A stretch of DNA of 63,970 nt, counting the filler, from Atractiella rhizophila (Eukaryota): NCBI GenBank assembly GCA_021432655.1. It is 11 parts of 8 records of this genome, joined end to end, with 100 filler letters (N's around TTAATTAATTAA, not from the genome) between each part and the next. Parts side by side here need not be neighbours in the genome. Positions count along the whole stretch, not along the records: positions 1 to 9,825 come from MU272100.1; positions 9,926 to 19,710 come from MU272101.1; 9 more parts are not named here. One strand, 5' to 3'. Positions 1-16,410 of the stretch are shown here, piece by piece (position 1 is the first letter of the stretch; every line of letters starts with the position of its first letter). The notes beneath the pieces were generated by a model. The model did not search any database and was not told where the DNA came from. It saw only the letters and a list, made by a program, of their open reading frames with translations. The position numbers and the translations under genes are program-made.

Positions 1-132
1 AAGCGCTCGAAAATGTATACATAATCGGAATCTTTAACGAGTTGTTTCAGCGCCTTCTGAAACACTTGTTAAGACCTTATTTCTCTCCAATCAACATGTG
101 ACAATGTCTAAACATGAATCATCGGATTGCAG

Positions 133-3953
<3,821 letters not shown>

Positions 3954-4604
3954 ATTTGTTAAACACTATTTATCGCATCGCAGAAGTTTCAACAACCGCA
4001 TTTGTATCTTCAACAACGATACTGCCAGCTCACCTCATTTTCTTGCGCTCGCTGGGCTGTCCCTCTTCCTTCAACGGGAATTTCCACTGTTTCAACAACT
4101 CCGTACCAAAAGAAACCAAAAAAAAAGGGGAAAACAAGGAAAGCAACCAAAATTCAAACAAGCAACCCCCTCCAAAACCCCCCGGGAATGACAAGCTGAT
4201 AAACGTACCAATGGACAGCTCCCTAGCTGAGAAGTCATCGTCTCACTGAATTATAACGCCTGCCTGAGAACAATCTAGTGATGCTAGCCCAGCATGCCGA
4301 AATGTGGACAAAACTTCAGTTTGATGAGAGATTATCAGCCCTTCTCATTTTATCTCGATATTGCATTGTGCATGACTTGCAGGACATGAGTCGATTCAAT
4401 CAATGGCATTGTCAGTCTGCTTTCACGCCATACGTTCAGTACGTTCAGTACCACCTTTGTGATAACCTCAGGAAATCAAGTACATAAGAATCTGCAACGA
4501 ACTTGAATTAGAATAACAATTAACCACTAGAGGAAATCCGTCCAACAGAACAAGCAGCCCAAATAAACATACATTTCGAGAAAATGCACTAGATTTCGAA
4601 ACAC

Positions 4605-5750
4605 TCAAGAGATTTCAATGCCAAGCTCTTTTGCCAAATCCTTGACCTCGGTATGGTCTCTCGTCGTCAACATCCTACCAGCAGAATTGTAAGTATTATA
4701 TCCAGCATAATGCATTGCGTCCCTTCCACGGGAAGGGAACAAAGGAGGACAGACCTGTTCGTATAGTGGCATTGAAGACCTAACGCAAGCGGTTAAGACA
4801 AAAGGAAGGAAAGTGGGAAACGAAGAAGGGCGTACCAGGACCGAAAATAAAGTCACCTCCAAGCTGTTTCATGTCCCCTTGTTTCCCAATGTACTTCAAG
4901 CCCATGCTCAATCCATCCTGTCCGTAAAAAACCGCAACGCCAAGCAGGTTCACAAATCAGAAAGCAGTAATAAGCGATGACGACGGAAAGTCGCGTACAA
5001 AGATGCTGTCTTTGATCCCTGCCCAGCCCCTCTTCTTTAGGTATGTTGGGTCTTCACCCTTCTCCAACGTTCTCAAAGTCATTCCCAGCGCGATGTAGGT
5101 TGACTTGGTTGGATCCGTGTAGATGGCGTAAGGAGTGGACAGGAGTGAACGGTAGGGCTTTATGAGCTTGTAATCTCCACAGCCAATGAAGACCTGTTTT
5201 AACAAAGAGAAAGCATTAAATAGAGTCATGCGGTATGAGAGAGGAGAGACGAAAATGCTGAGGATACATAAATTAAAGGAAAGGGAGGTTCGGAAAAGGG
5301 AGATTGAGAGGACATACCAACTTCACACCTGCTTCTTCCAGCACGGAAGCCTTTACCTCATCCGTCCACGCCTGGACGTATTGTTGACACCTTCAAGGTA
5401 GTCACGTATGTGAGTTGTTGCAGCTATCAAAACGATACGAGTAATAAACGTACATTCCACAGTAAAAGTGTCTACCCTTGGATGTTAGTTCTGGAGTGAA
5501 GGAAGCCCTTCGAAAGGAAGTACCGGATCCACACTACAGCTGTTTTTTGGTGCTCAAACAGCGACCCGAGGGTTACTTTGTTGCCTATTATATCCCACCA
5601 AAAAACATTCCTCGCTTAACACGATCTGTGAGGTTGAATGATGAAAGAACACAGACCATCTTCATCGAAAACTTCCAGCTTCGAAGCCTTCTCTAATTCT
5701 TCCGCTGACGGCTTCGTGGTCCTAAAGGCCTCTTTGTCTTTTGGTGCCAT
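4605..5750 (-). CDS. AhpC/TSA-2 (PRXL2/FAM213-like) thioredoxin-fold protein
   Basis: MAPKDKEAF... start; spliced RHFYCGMCQQYV CxxC motif; VFIGCGDYKLIKPY, IYTDPT; C-terminal HTEVKDL. Confidence 0.85.
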
Positions 5751-5903
5751 TGTCAGTTAGTCGATACTTTGTTGCAGGATGCTTTCAAGTTGGACGTCAA
5801 ATTAGAAAATGTCCAGGTTGGAACAGAAGACGTAACAACACACGTGACCTGTGTCAAGGTGGGGTCAAAGCTTAATTCAATTACCAGAAGCAACGACAGC
5901 AAA

Positions 5904-7627
5904 ATGGCGACAGCAGACGAGGGCAATCCCCTCCTCCTCCGTCCCTCAAAAGTAGACTATACCTCTCCTTTCTTCCTCCCCGGCCGTCCGGCACCTCCAA
6001 TCTGGCACCCCGTTCCCGTGGTCTCAGCTTCCTTTACCCAGGTGTGCATCCACTTTCCAATATTGTCGGTGGTTATGTGATACTCAAGAGTGGTTGCCTT
6101 GGGTGGGGGGACTGTAGGGTGCTTATGGGGCAGCAGCGGGATTGTTTTTCAGCGCAGTGCAGAATGCCGTTCAGTCTCATAATAAGGGATTTATGGGCGT
6201 TTTCACGAGGTCGGGAGGGACTATTGGGCTCTTTGGTGAGTGATCTCTCATGCGGAGGATATGTTGGCAAAGAGTGAACCTGGAAAATGGTCTTCTGTTA
6301 CTTTGTACATTCACAGATAGTGCGCTTTCCTGTATGGGCTGGGCTTGGTCTAAGCACGCAAACAATCTTTTAATTCGCTTTTCTCGCAAACTCTGCGAGC
6401 GCTGTTAAAACCTCAGCTTTTGTTCAACTCCCTTGAAATTACCAAAGTGTCGTCTTACTTCATTCTTAGTATTACTCTGGTTCCCTCGTCGTAGGAACTC
6501 AAGCTGACAAAACCTGTGGCCTTTCAACCGGGAGCTTCTCTTGGGTCTTAATTTGATATTTCCAACGTTACTTGTCGCAGATTGACTTGTTTTCGGGCAG
6601 AAACTATGATCACTCTCATTAGAGTCTCATACAACTGCCCTGTTATATTTTAACGATTGATGTATGGAGGGACATGGTCAACATTTTTGTTGAACGGCAC
6701 TCCTTCGAGTATGATTTTGTCTCTTCCTTCAGTCTTCGCTCACGTCAGCCTTCATCTCTCTCCCTGAATCCAATTGTACTTTATATGAACTGATGGTTGT
6801 TTGAAATACCTGCTGGTATTCAAAATTAAAAGCATTGCTTGCATTGTAATTCCACATGATGTTCCTAAATTATCCAAGGGACGACTTCAACAAGAATTAA
6901 TCGAAATATGGGCCGTGCTCAAGAGATCCTCGCTGTATCTTGCGCAAGGTCGAAAGTTGTGTCCACAAGAAGCATGCATAGCGGCATAGCATAGTGTTTG
7001 CATGATTGTTGTTAATGCAGTTCCTGTCGGTTCGGAGTGCCAGTACTCTTAACTCGAGCATATTGACGTGCGATAACCATCAGTTTCCTCTTCTACATCG
7101 ATAGTTTTTCGCATTTTGCATCAATTCATTGAGATAACTTTGCATCCCAATTTTTGGTTCCGAATACTATATCAAGGCTGCTTTGCGACAAATTATAAAG
7201 AGTTTGCAGATGCTGATACCATCAATTAGCGGCACTTCCTTTCGTTTACACTTTCGTCGATGGAACCATGCAAAACGTTCGGGAGCGCGCCTCAACGGAC
7301 GGAATCAACGGTGCTGCGGCTGGTACGTTTTATTTGCTTCCACCCCAATGAACGAAAACTGAGAAGGGAAACCTAGGATGTGCTGCCGGATTCCTCGGTG
7401 GCCTCTCCCAGCGCTCTCTGACCAAAGCCTTTGCATCATGTGCTTTTCTTGGAGGAGCAGTTGCAACCTTCGAACTTTCGGGTAGCAGTTTCGGAGGGGA
7501 GATGAATAAGGACGGGAGACGGAAGACCCCAGAAGAACAGCTCGAGGAAAGAGAGTCCTTGCCTGCTGCAGAGGAGAGGAGGAGGAGGGAAATCAAGGAG
7601 AGCTTGAGGGCTGTCATGTCAAAATAG
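5904..7627 (+). CDS. NDUFA11: Complex I accessory subunit NDUFA11 (21.3 kDa, Tim17 family); exons 5904-6041, 6118-6235, 7230-7322, 7377-7627
   Basis: GLFFSAVQNAVQSHNKGFMGVFTRSGGTIGLF joins in frame to AALPFVYTFVDGTMQNVRE...INGAAAGCAAGFLGG across a 994-nt GT-AG intron. Confidence 0.85.
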
Positions 7628-7720
7628 ACAATTTATCGAGTTAATCTCTAGTTCGATGTGAATGAAGGCTTGACTTGGGGGTAAGGAGGTTGTGTTACTC
7701 ACATATTCAGTGTCCCTTAC

Positions 7721-8400
7721 ATGCCTAAGCAATTTGGAATTGCTCGTTTTATGTTGCTCTCCGCCCCCACCATAAGAGAACACATTGTCTCTTTTTTCTT
7801 TCTGTTACGAACTGCTCGAGCTGTTCGTAGGCTAGATGTTGTTGATCACACGAGTGACACTGCAACATTTGGTAATGCCGTGTACGTCCTGCTTCCTGTC
7901 TTTCTTTCTCTGGACCAATTTTTGCAAGGAAGGATTGGACTTCGCGGAGGCAGAGAAAGTAACCTTCTTTAATCTAACGGGCATCTCACGAATATGACGG
8001 GTGCGACGGCACGCATCACTTTTGAGGGGACTGTCGTGATCTTGTCGCTCCAGTCGACTATATTTTGATCTTTCTCTAGGGAATCACCTATCTCGGCTCT
8101 CAGCATATCAATCACGACAATTTAAGCTACAGTCCAGGCGATGCGGAACCTTTGCAGCTCAGCGGAAATGGTCAACCAGCACAATTCGTTGCCTTTCGTT
8201 CACTCTTCGGATGCGAGCAGGACGTCACCCAACCTTGCTCGTTACCAACTTAGAGGAAGCGTGGATCGACGTTGAATACTTCTCGTGGAGTTCGAGGACG
8301 GAAGTGAATATGTAGCTACTGGAACAGAAGGAGTTGTGAACTCAACGCTTTCAATCGGACTTCGCATCAAATCTCTCAAGTGAATCCTTCATTCCTTGCG
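7721..8400 (+). pseudogene. Probable degraded surface/secreted beta-sandwich protein
   Basis: TGATARITFEGT|GITYLG and, in a shifted frame, HPTLLVTNLEEAWIDVEY; frames do not join cleanly. Confidence 0.3.
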
Positions 8401-9280
8401 ACATCACTCTCCAACATGTCACCCATATAGGCAGAATACGGCGGCAGCTGTACCCATCGAAGTTTCCAGGAATTTAAGGCCAAAGAACTGGACGCTCGTA
8501 ATCGTTTGTTCCGACCAATAACTCAGGTTCCAAAACAGATCGATGTTGCGCACGGTTTGATTTGTGGTCGTGTGATGGGTTTTTGTTGTGGTTTTAGGTG
8601 CCATTCTCCTAGACATCCACCTGAGTTGGTGATGCCCATTATTTCCTGATATACAACCGCTCATCTGCATCATTATCCTTGGTCAAGCTAGGACGGACAG
8701 AGATTTTGTAAAGTATACTATTTGACACAATACCCAAAGCAACTTGACAGGCAGACTACCAAGGCGGACAGCCCGAATCTTCCTGTTGCAATTGTTGCAA
8801 TTGTGGAAGTAACCAGCAAGAGCCGATAATCAAATTTAAAGCAGGTGATTAGGAGAGCAGGTGAAGCCCTCACTCCGGCTTTGCAAAAGAGCATTTTCTT
8901 TGCATTGAGAATAAGTGTGACGTGCATATAGATGGAACTCGCGTCTGCTGCAAGAAAATGAGTCAACGTATGAATCCAATACTCGACTTTCATGGCATTA
9001 TAAGAATATGTATTCTCAACACCTGACATGCCCACAAACAGGACACACCTCTTGTTGTCCGTCCTACCTCCAGTATTCCTCTCCACCCTGCGGTCCCTAC
9101 AGCCAACTCTCTCCTCCCAAGGTTTATTATCACACGTATTAGCTTAGCTCCAGGTTATCATTGGAGTCCAAAACCAAATCTCGATCACGACTCTCTTTCT
9201 TCGCAAGCTTCAACCACCTTCAACCAACCCTCCAAACACTTCCTCCACCAAACCCCAGAGCACATCAGCATCAAATCGGC

Positions 9281-9825
9281 ATGAGCACACGCACCAACAC
9301 CACCAAGCGTCGAAAACTCGACGACGGCACCTCCGCGCCCATGAGCGCTTCAGGTTCACAAACGGGGCTGGGGCAGGGAACGGGACAGAGTGGTGGTGCC
9401 GGGAAGGATAAAGAGGGAGGAACAGGACGGGGGAGAGGTGGTGGGACTCGCGCAAAGGCCGCTGCTAATGCTGCAGCTCTGGCTGCCGCCGCTCAAGCTC
9501 AGGCTCAGGCGTTGGCTCAGGCGCAAGCTGTCCTGGCTGCTGGGGAGGATAAGATGGGGAAGAACGATGTGCAGGTTCGTTGATATCCTCTTTGCTTTGC
9601 CATTTTGCATGCGTTGGGGTTGTGGAGGTGTTGAGGGGAAGGTGAGGATGGATGCTGATTGCTGTTTCAGTTTTCATTGTCGAGTTTGAGCACCCAATCC
9701 ATTCATTCCTACATCATCCACCACTCCCTTCTCTCCGATTCGACGCTCCATAATCTGACTTTTGAGTCCGTCTCCCGCCCTCTTCCTCGAACACTAGCTC
9801 CAATTCCAGCGGACGAGACGTCGTC
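9281..9825 (+). CDS. Nuclear protein, possibly Sap30-like; 3' end lost in gap
   Basis: KRRK NLS-like motif, Gly/Ala-rich linker, intron, then FSSLSTQSIHSYIIHHSLL. Confidence 0.4.
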
Positions 9826-9925
9826 NNNNNNNNNNNNNNNNNNNNNNNNNNNNNNNNNNNNNNNNNNNNTTAATTAATTAANNNNNNNNNNNNNNNNNNN
9901 NNNNNNNNNNNNNNNNNNNNNNNNN
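9826..9925. other. Artificial contig linker (six-frame stop); also at 19711, 22862, 28001, 33665, 35989, 45786, 55568, 58486, 62285
   Basis: Identical 100-bp N44-TTAATTAATTAA-N44 blocks. Confidence 0.97.
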
Positions 9926-11164
9926 AACGCACGATAAGCTTGACCCAAAGAGTCTACACCGCGACTATCTTGGAAAAGTTCGGTTTCACAAACAGCTATG
10001 CCAGCGTACCGGCAAATCCCAAAATCAAACTCGAGCCTTTCAACGGCACATGGACTCAGGAGGAACTTGAAAACAGACCTGAGTGGTCCTTCCTCGAAGC
10101 AACTGGATGCCTGAACTGGCTCTCAGTCTGCACAAGACCTGATATCACTTATGCCCTTTCAAATGTCCAACGCTTCGCAGCCAATCCAGGGCCAGAACAT
10201 TTCAAGGCCGTAAAACAAATCTTTCGTTATCTCAGCGCCACGTCGAACAAAGGCCTTCTCTTCAACGGAAACGATCGTCGCCCCCTTCACGCATACGCTG
10301 ATGCCTCTTTCGCCTCTCTCCTACCTTCTCTCAAGTCCCAAGAAGGCCGCCTCACCATGCTTTGCGGCGCACCAATCACCTTCAAGTCAAAACCTCAAAC
10401 AGTAGTCGCATTGTCTTCCGGAGAAGCAGAGTATGGGGCCGCCGCCAAAGCAACTGCTGACCTGCTCTGGACAAGAGGCCTCTACTCAGAATTGGACGCG
10501 CTTCGAAGCGTTCACAACGTCCTTGATGGAGAAGACATCCCACCAACCACTGTCTATGAAGACAACCAAGCCGCGATAAAGATCTCAACGAATGGAGTGC
10601 ACCATGCACAAAGCAAGCCTTTCTTGCTTCGTTATCACATGGTACGAGACAACGTTCAGAAAGGGAACGTAATCCTACGGTATATTCCAACACGGCATCA
10701 AATAGCCGACGTCCTGACAAAACCGTTATCGAAAGACGCTTTCCATCAATGCATCCACGCTATGGGTGTACGAGACGTAGGAGAACGGATACAATTTTCA
10801 TAGAACAAGTTTCATACACTGATCACACACCATTTCTCAAACCGTCCCACCCATCCCAGCATCTGACACCATCTCCGACTACATTTTCCATCTCTCTGTT
10901 TTCTATCGGTAGCGTACGTAGTGGGAGTGTTGAACTGTCGTTGTTACTCTCGCTGATCTGCTTTCACTTTACGCCTCTTTCCGCATTTCGTATTGTTGTT
11001 CCGTCCGCTCCCGTAGTTTACTTCGCATTCTCACCTTACCTGAGGTTCATCTTTTGTCACCATCATTTCTGATGAACCTCAGGTAAGCCCTCCTGTCTCA
11101 TATAGTCATGTAATATTCATTGATCTTTTGTCACCATCATTTCTGATGAACCTCAGGTTCAACA
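9926..11164 (+). mobile_element. Ty1/copia 3' end: RT/RNase H (to 10803), PPT, 3' LTR family C (10928-11164)
   Basis: TRPDITYA, YADAS, SSGEAEY, YEDNQAAI, QIADVLTK; AGTGGGAG PPT abutting a 237-bp TGTTGAAC...GTTCAACA LTR. Confidence 0.95.
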
Positions 11165-11372
11165 GTGCCTTCATCATTCCGGCGTACTGCTCCATGAAAG
11201 GTTTAGTACTGGTGATTCCAACCAAATGATCATCAGCATAGACTCCAGCCATCTTGTACCCAATGTAGGCGCTCAAAGCGTAGATCGACTGAAGCATGGT
11301 CAACACTGTGACGGCAGGGATTTTGATGGTTGCTGAAAAGAGTGGAGGTCGCGGGGAGGCAGCTGAGTCCAT
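11165..11372 (-). pseudogene. 5' part of an unknown hydrophobic protein interrupted by the copia element
   Basis: Open frame MDSAASPRPP...QYAGMMKA runs directly into the LTR end. Confidence 0.4.
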
Positions 11373-11726
11373 TTTGAAGACGAATAGAGCTGGGAGAGTC
11401 AGAATAAACGAGCAATGAGATTACTGAGATGAGAGAGTAGTCCAACTTGAAGGCCTTTCCAAACGTGACTAGAGTTGAGCTTTGCCGGGGTCCTACCCCC
11501 GTTTGGTCTTCAACAGCCCGTGATCGGTTCGCTTCCTTCAGCTTCCGAATCATTTGGTTTTTAAGTACAATTTACTGTAAACAAGTCGTGAATAAACAGA
11601 ATTAAAAAGCACTGCAAGCTTGCTCTAAGCATCTTTCTCTGGGTACCGACCACTGCACTACTCGGAGAAACAACGAATATCTCATTCACGCTTTCAGGCT
11701 CTCTTTACTTTACAAACATTCATTCC

Positions 11727-12643
11727 TCAATCAGTTTTCTTCCCCCCTTTAGCAGCAGCCGGACCGGTTCCAGCCAAACTGTCATAATCCTTCTGCAACT
11801 CCCTCAATTGTCCTTTCAACTTCTCCACCTCCTCACTGTCCTTCCCTCCGGTGCCCACTTGTCTCTGAAGGCGTGCTAGGCCCTCTTGTGTTTTGATGAG
11901 GTCGAGAATGAGGGAGTAGGTGCGGGAGAGGATGCTGTATGTTGACCGAGAGGTTTAGAAAAGTGACCTAAAGGGTTGAAGGATAGGGGAGAACTTACAG
12001 AGAGAGGAAGAGCGTGAATCCATTGAGATACATGTTCCTTTCCCTACGAGCACCGTCCGTTAGCCGCGACACCAACTCAAGAAGGAAAGGTAAAGGGAAA
12101 GGCGTACGACAAAAACTTCTTGCTCCGCCACTCGTTCTCTGCTCCCAAATCCAACTTGATCCCCTCCGTTCTGTTCCTCGTCCCTTGCGCATGAATCTTC
12201 ATCATTTGTTGAAGGGCGTCAACGAAGAGGACGCCGACAAATCTGTACGCAACAGCCTTGGTCAGGGCTGGAAGCTGCGGAGTTGGGAGACGGACATGAA
12301 GAGTATTTTGAGGCCGTATTGCAGTTTTGCTATCTGTTGTCCACATGCCATAGATTAGTAGACAACACAAGTAGACGGGTCGGGAAAGGTGGAACAGAAC
12401 GTACAGTTGGAGATTCAGAGACGAATTTGAACATCGCTCTCCTCCAAGTAAACGGGATGGGAAGCTACGAACATCGGCAGTGAATGGAGAGCCGTGGCAG
12501 AAAAGGGTATACTGACGATAAGAGCCACGAAGAGTGACATTTCGAAGACGAGAAGGCAGAATACTATCCAGTTGTACAGCTATTTCCGTCACATCGTATC
12601 AATGAAAGGCTTGTTGCCAAGCAGAAAAAGAACGTACTGCCAT
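11727..12643 (-). CDS. Bap31/Yet3-family ER membrane protein
   Basis: MALYNWIVFCLLVFEM...LPIPFTWRR, FVDAL, RNMYLNGFTLFLSL, coiled coil, C-terminal KKTD ER-retrieval motif. Confidence 0.92.
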
Positions 12644-12975
12644 GGTTAATAGTTGTTTTGAGGCAAATTTTGTGGCTAAAAAGTGCGTTTGTGAAGGGAG
12701 AAGAAGGGCAGTCGTCGCTTTAAAGGGAGGAGACGTGGAATCGTTGACGTCAGACTTTCAGCGGTCACAACTCGGTAATTTCCTTCTCTGGAGTCATTAC
12801 CTGCGTCCACGCACGACCCCTCGCGCAGTTCAAACCCAAACGTCGATGCCTTGCAGTCGCACCAAATTAACTCAAGGCTTGAAATACAATGGCAAAGTCA
12901 GAGGGCAATTATGTATACAATCTGAGTTTCAACCTAGGGATGCACAGCGCTTTGTCAGGTCTTTGTGACTGAAGT

Positions 12976-14824
12976 TTAGCACTGGCTGGGACCTTGGGCG
13001 ATCTGACTTGCATCGCTAGGGAGAATTCCTGCGTCGACAGCTTTGGTATCTATTCGTAGTCATCAGAAAAATTGACAGAGGAACGAGAAGGAAACGTCGT
13101 ACAGCTCCAGGCGAAATCAGTTTCCGTCTTCCAAGTCCACCACGTCCATCCCCAGCTCTTCTCGAAAGTGCTAACCTCAGACGCAGCATACTGTTGATAG
13201 AATTCCAGACCCCCATCGGAATCAAGGGAGAAGTCGCCGTTCCTTAAAACTATATTCAGTTCAATGACATTGGGAAGAGATCTGAAGACCTTACTCGTTG
13301 ATCAATGCCAATGAGAACTCTCCAGCCATCACGGGCTGCTCTGCGTTCACATAGGAGTTGGCATCACACGCTCCCGCCAGCACTTCTGAACGAGTATCGT
13401 AAGCATCACCGCTGTACGCGAAATACCGCTGCGTGAATGGATCAGTCATCGTATCTGATAAATGGGAGGAGAGACGAACATGATCGTCAAAGATTACGTG
13501 GGTGTACCCGCTAGGGAGATTCTGCGAGGGATTTCCGCTTCCCCACGACCTTCATGTTAAAGGATCAACGTTCTGTAATTTAAAGGCAACAGGGAGAATG
13601 TTGACGAACGCGGCCATGAATACCTTGAAACTTCATCAACCTTGTCGCACCTGAAATTCAGCGAACAGGACTCACTATGTTCAAGCAATCCGTGTATGTC
13701 GTCCTCTTCCTCAGTCCAACATCATTCGATCCACGTGGTACCCAATCCCTCTTCCTGCTTGCCGTTTCCGTATTCATAGCACCGCACGAAACACCAAGCT
13801 GAGCCTCAGTATCTCTGACCGCTATACCGACAGGTTATCAGAGCTGAACCGTCGAAAGGAGAAGCCGTACTCTGATAAAAAGTAGGATAATAGCTGTCAA
13901 TAAGTCCGTTCTGAGCGCCAGAACGCGTAGGTTCGTTCACGGCTTCGATGGCAAAAACCGCTGCAAAGTCTGGGTCATTCGACTTCGACTGGGTCATGTT
14001 CCACGCCCAGAGCTTCGCGCGACCGAATGAATCTTGGTTGTAGAAGCCAGGAGTGTCGACTGTATGACCGGTGAAGGCTCTACGAAATATATCAGCAAAA
14101 GGAAGACGCTCGGAAGAAGCGTACTGGTTCTCGGTTTGCACTTGAGGTGCGGCATGGAGGTCGATCTCAGCGTACATCCCAGCATCTGAGATCCAGCTGA
14201 GGAGACGCTTCAGGTACGTGAATCCTCCAGTCGCATAATGATCGTCAGAAGTCTTGGTATCTTCGACGATCCAGTGGCCAACTGGGATGCGGACCGTGTT
14301 CCTACGTTCAATGTTCAAGTTAATATCGAAGTGGAAAGCAGGAGGAAGGGTGCTTACAAGCCGTAGGAGGCCATCTGGTTGATATCGTCTTGAGTGATCC
14401 AATTCGCCCAATGGGACTCAAAACCAGCCTGGGCTGACGGGTTATTCTGCATGCAAGTGTACTCGTCCGGATAGTCCCCTGCTTCACTGTTCACACGCTG
14501 CCTAAGATTTGGATGCTGGTCCGACTTACCACACCCGATGGCACTCCATTCGCCGCCCATCATCCATGGCCTGTGCACCGAATCGTTAAAGACGTATACG
14601 ATGCATTTGGGTGTGCAATAAATACTTACTCGACGATGAATAATCCACCCAGGTTTACGCCTACAAACCGCGAAGCCGTGAAAGCATGAGCGAGAGACCT
14701 TGCACCTTTATTTTATAGGACACTCACCGCGAATGATGCCTTGAGGTATGTTGGCCGAACCTCCAAGGGCTTCGCTAGCGAGTATGGCTCCGAGGAGCAA
14801 AGAAGGAGGAGTTCTCTTGATCAT
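12976..14824 (-). CDS. Secreted glycoside hydrolase family 5 (beta-glucanase-like)
   Basis: Signal peptide, GVNLGG..VEPWM, TVRIPVGHW, DLHAAP, acid/base AVNEP, nucleophile AGEFS, GWTWWTWK. Confidence 0.92.
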
Positions 14825-15693
14825 TGGAGGAAGCAAGTATAGATTGACGAAAAAAGGCGCGTTAAAGATTGGGAAATTTAAAGATTGATACTGGTGAATG
14901 AGTGGAACCAAAAGATGTTCACGACCTGGAGAAAAGAGTGCTTTATATCTCCTGCCAGCCTTTACACTGATTCGGTGGGAGCTATGTACCAGAACGCGGA
15001 GACCTTGAGGTCCAGTTTGGGGTTAATAGATAGTGACGTCCTTGCAAGCAGAACAGCGCGCACAACAGGCACTCAGGTGAAGCTGAGCTTGATGAAAAGA
15101 CGCGACATGTGCACGATTGCAGATCCTCCCCCGCCTGCCCCAGCCCATCATCCCCTCCCGCATCTGTTGTCAGGCAGCGATTCGGAGAAAGCAGATGGGG
15201 CTAAATTTGAATATTCCTTGCGTCCTTGAACAAGACAAGAATAAATAGTTCGTAGCCTGTGGGAGGAGAACGAGTCGGATCAATTTCACGCGCTTGAAAA
15301 TGCTTCAAGTCTGTGAATAACAAGAAAACAGTCATAAAAATGGCACTGAGTCTATCATTTGAATCCCATCTCGTGTCTTTCGTTATTAAGTCACCCTTGC
15401 GAAGACCTCTCTTGTGCGTCTTGTCAGGAAAGGAACCAACGCCGAACTGACGTCCTTGATTAATTTGATTCGTGTTAAAAGCTATAAGGCCGTACATCAG
15501 CTTAAACTGCTGGACAATGCCAGCAAGATGAAACGAAAGGCAAATGAAATGCGTTGATGACGAGCGGGAGAAGTTGCCTGTTTGGGAAGTCACCTCTGGC
15601 TCCTCATCCCAGTCTCCCCAAATCCAAGCGAAACCAATCATATTCCCCAGCTAGGTTACATAACTTCAGCTGAAGCGCCACAAAAGGACCAAG

Positions 15694-16410
15694 ATGCACT
15701 TCTCCCTCCGTCTGGCCTTCAGCCTCCTTTCCCTCTCACTCGCCTTCTCCAACACATCTCCCCTTCTCTCCCTCTCAGCGTATGTCTCCCCCTCATCACA
15801 CATCACATGTCCCATTAATGGTGGCTCTATGTAGCATACCTGAATCGACGGCAGAGCTGTGCGCATATGACAAAGTGGAGGTCTACCGCTCGTCGTCCCT
15901 TGTGAACGATTTGGATGCCATAAGAGCAGTAGTGAGGGCAGGAGGGGAGTTTAAGGCATTTGTGAGGGAGGGCGAGGAGTTGGAAGTCGCGGATAGGTTT
16001 AAAGTGGAATGTGGAGGTGAAGTGGAAGAGATCATGGGTCGTACGTTCCTCTCCTCACGATACAGCAAACTGGGGTATCAAACATGACTTATTGAGATAC
16101 AGGACCTTCCTCCCTCGCTCCCACCTCCAACATCCTCACATTCATCCTCCCCGCCATCAGCTCCTCCTCCTCCATGACCATCCAACGATCCTCCCCTGCC
16201 AAAACCAAACGGGCACCAGAATACGACAACACGCCCATCTTCCAAAAATACGTCCTCTTCACCCCCTCCCTCATCTTCGCCGTCCTCGTCGTCGGAATCT
16301 TGTTCATCCCCGCTCTATCCGTCGCTTCTTCCGCCCTCATTGCCACCGAGACGCCGGAGGGATTGGTGGGGAGGATGAGTGGGATGGGGAATGTTGTGGA
16401 GTCGAAATGA
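15694..16410 (+). CDS. Type I membrane protein, Voa1/Ac45-like V-ATPase accessory factor
   Basis: Signal peptide; C-terminal PIFQKYVLFTPSLIF followed by a TM helix. Confidence 0.6.

Noticed and set aside
6859..7080. snR30/U17 assignment from ATGTTCCTA and AACCAT
   Set aside because: Spacing to an ACA box does not fit, and AACCAT lies inside a predicted helix
9826..9925. Recurrent TTAATTAATTAA motif as a biological repeat
   Set aside because: Always centred in identical N padding; an artificial linker, so cross-linker gene clusters (e.g. MBL + FunK1) were also disregarded
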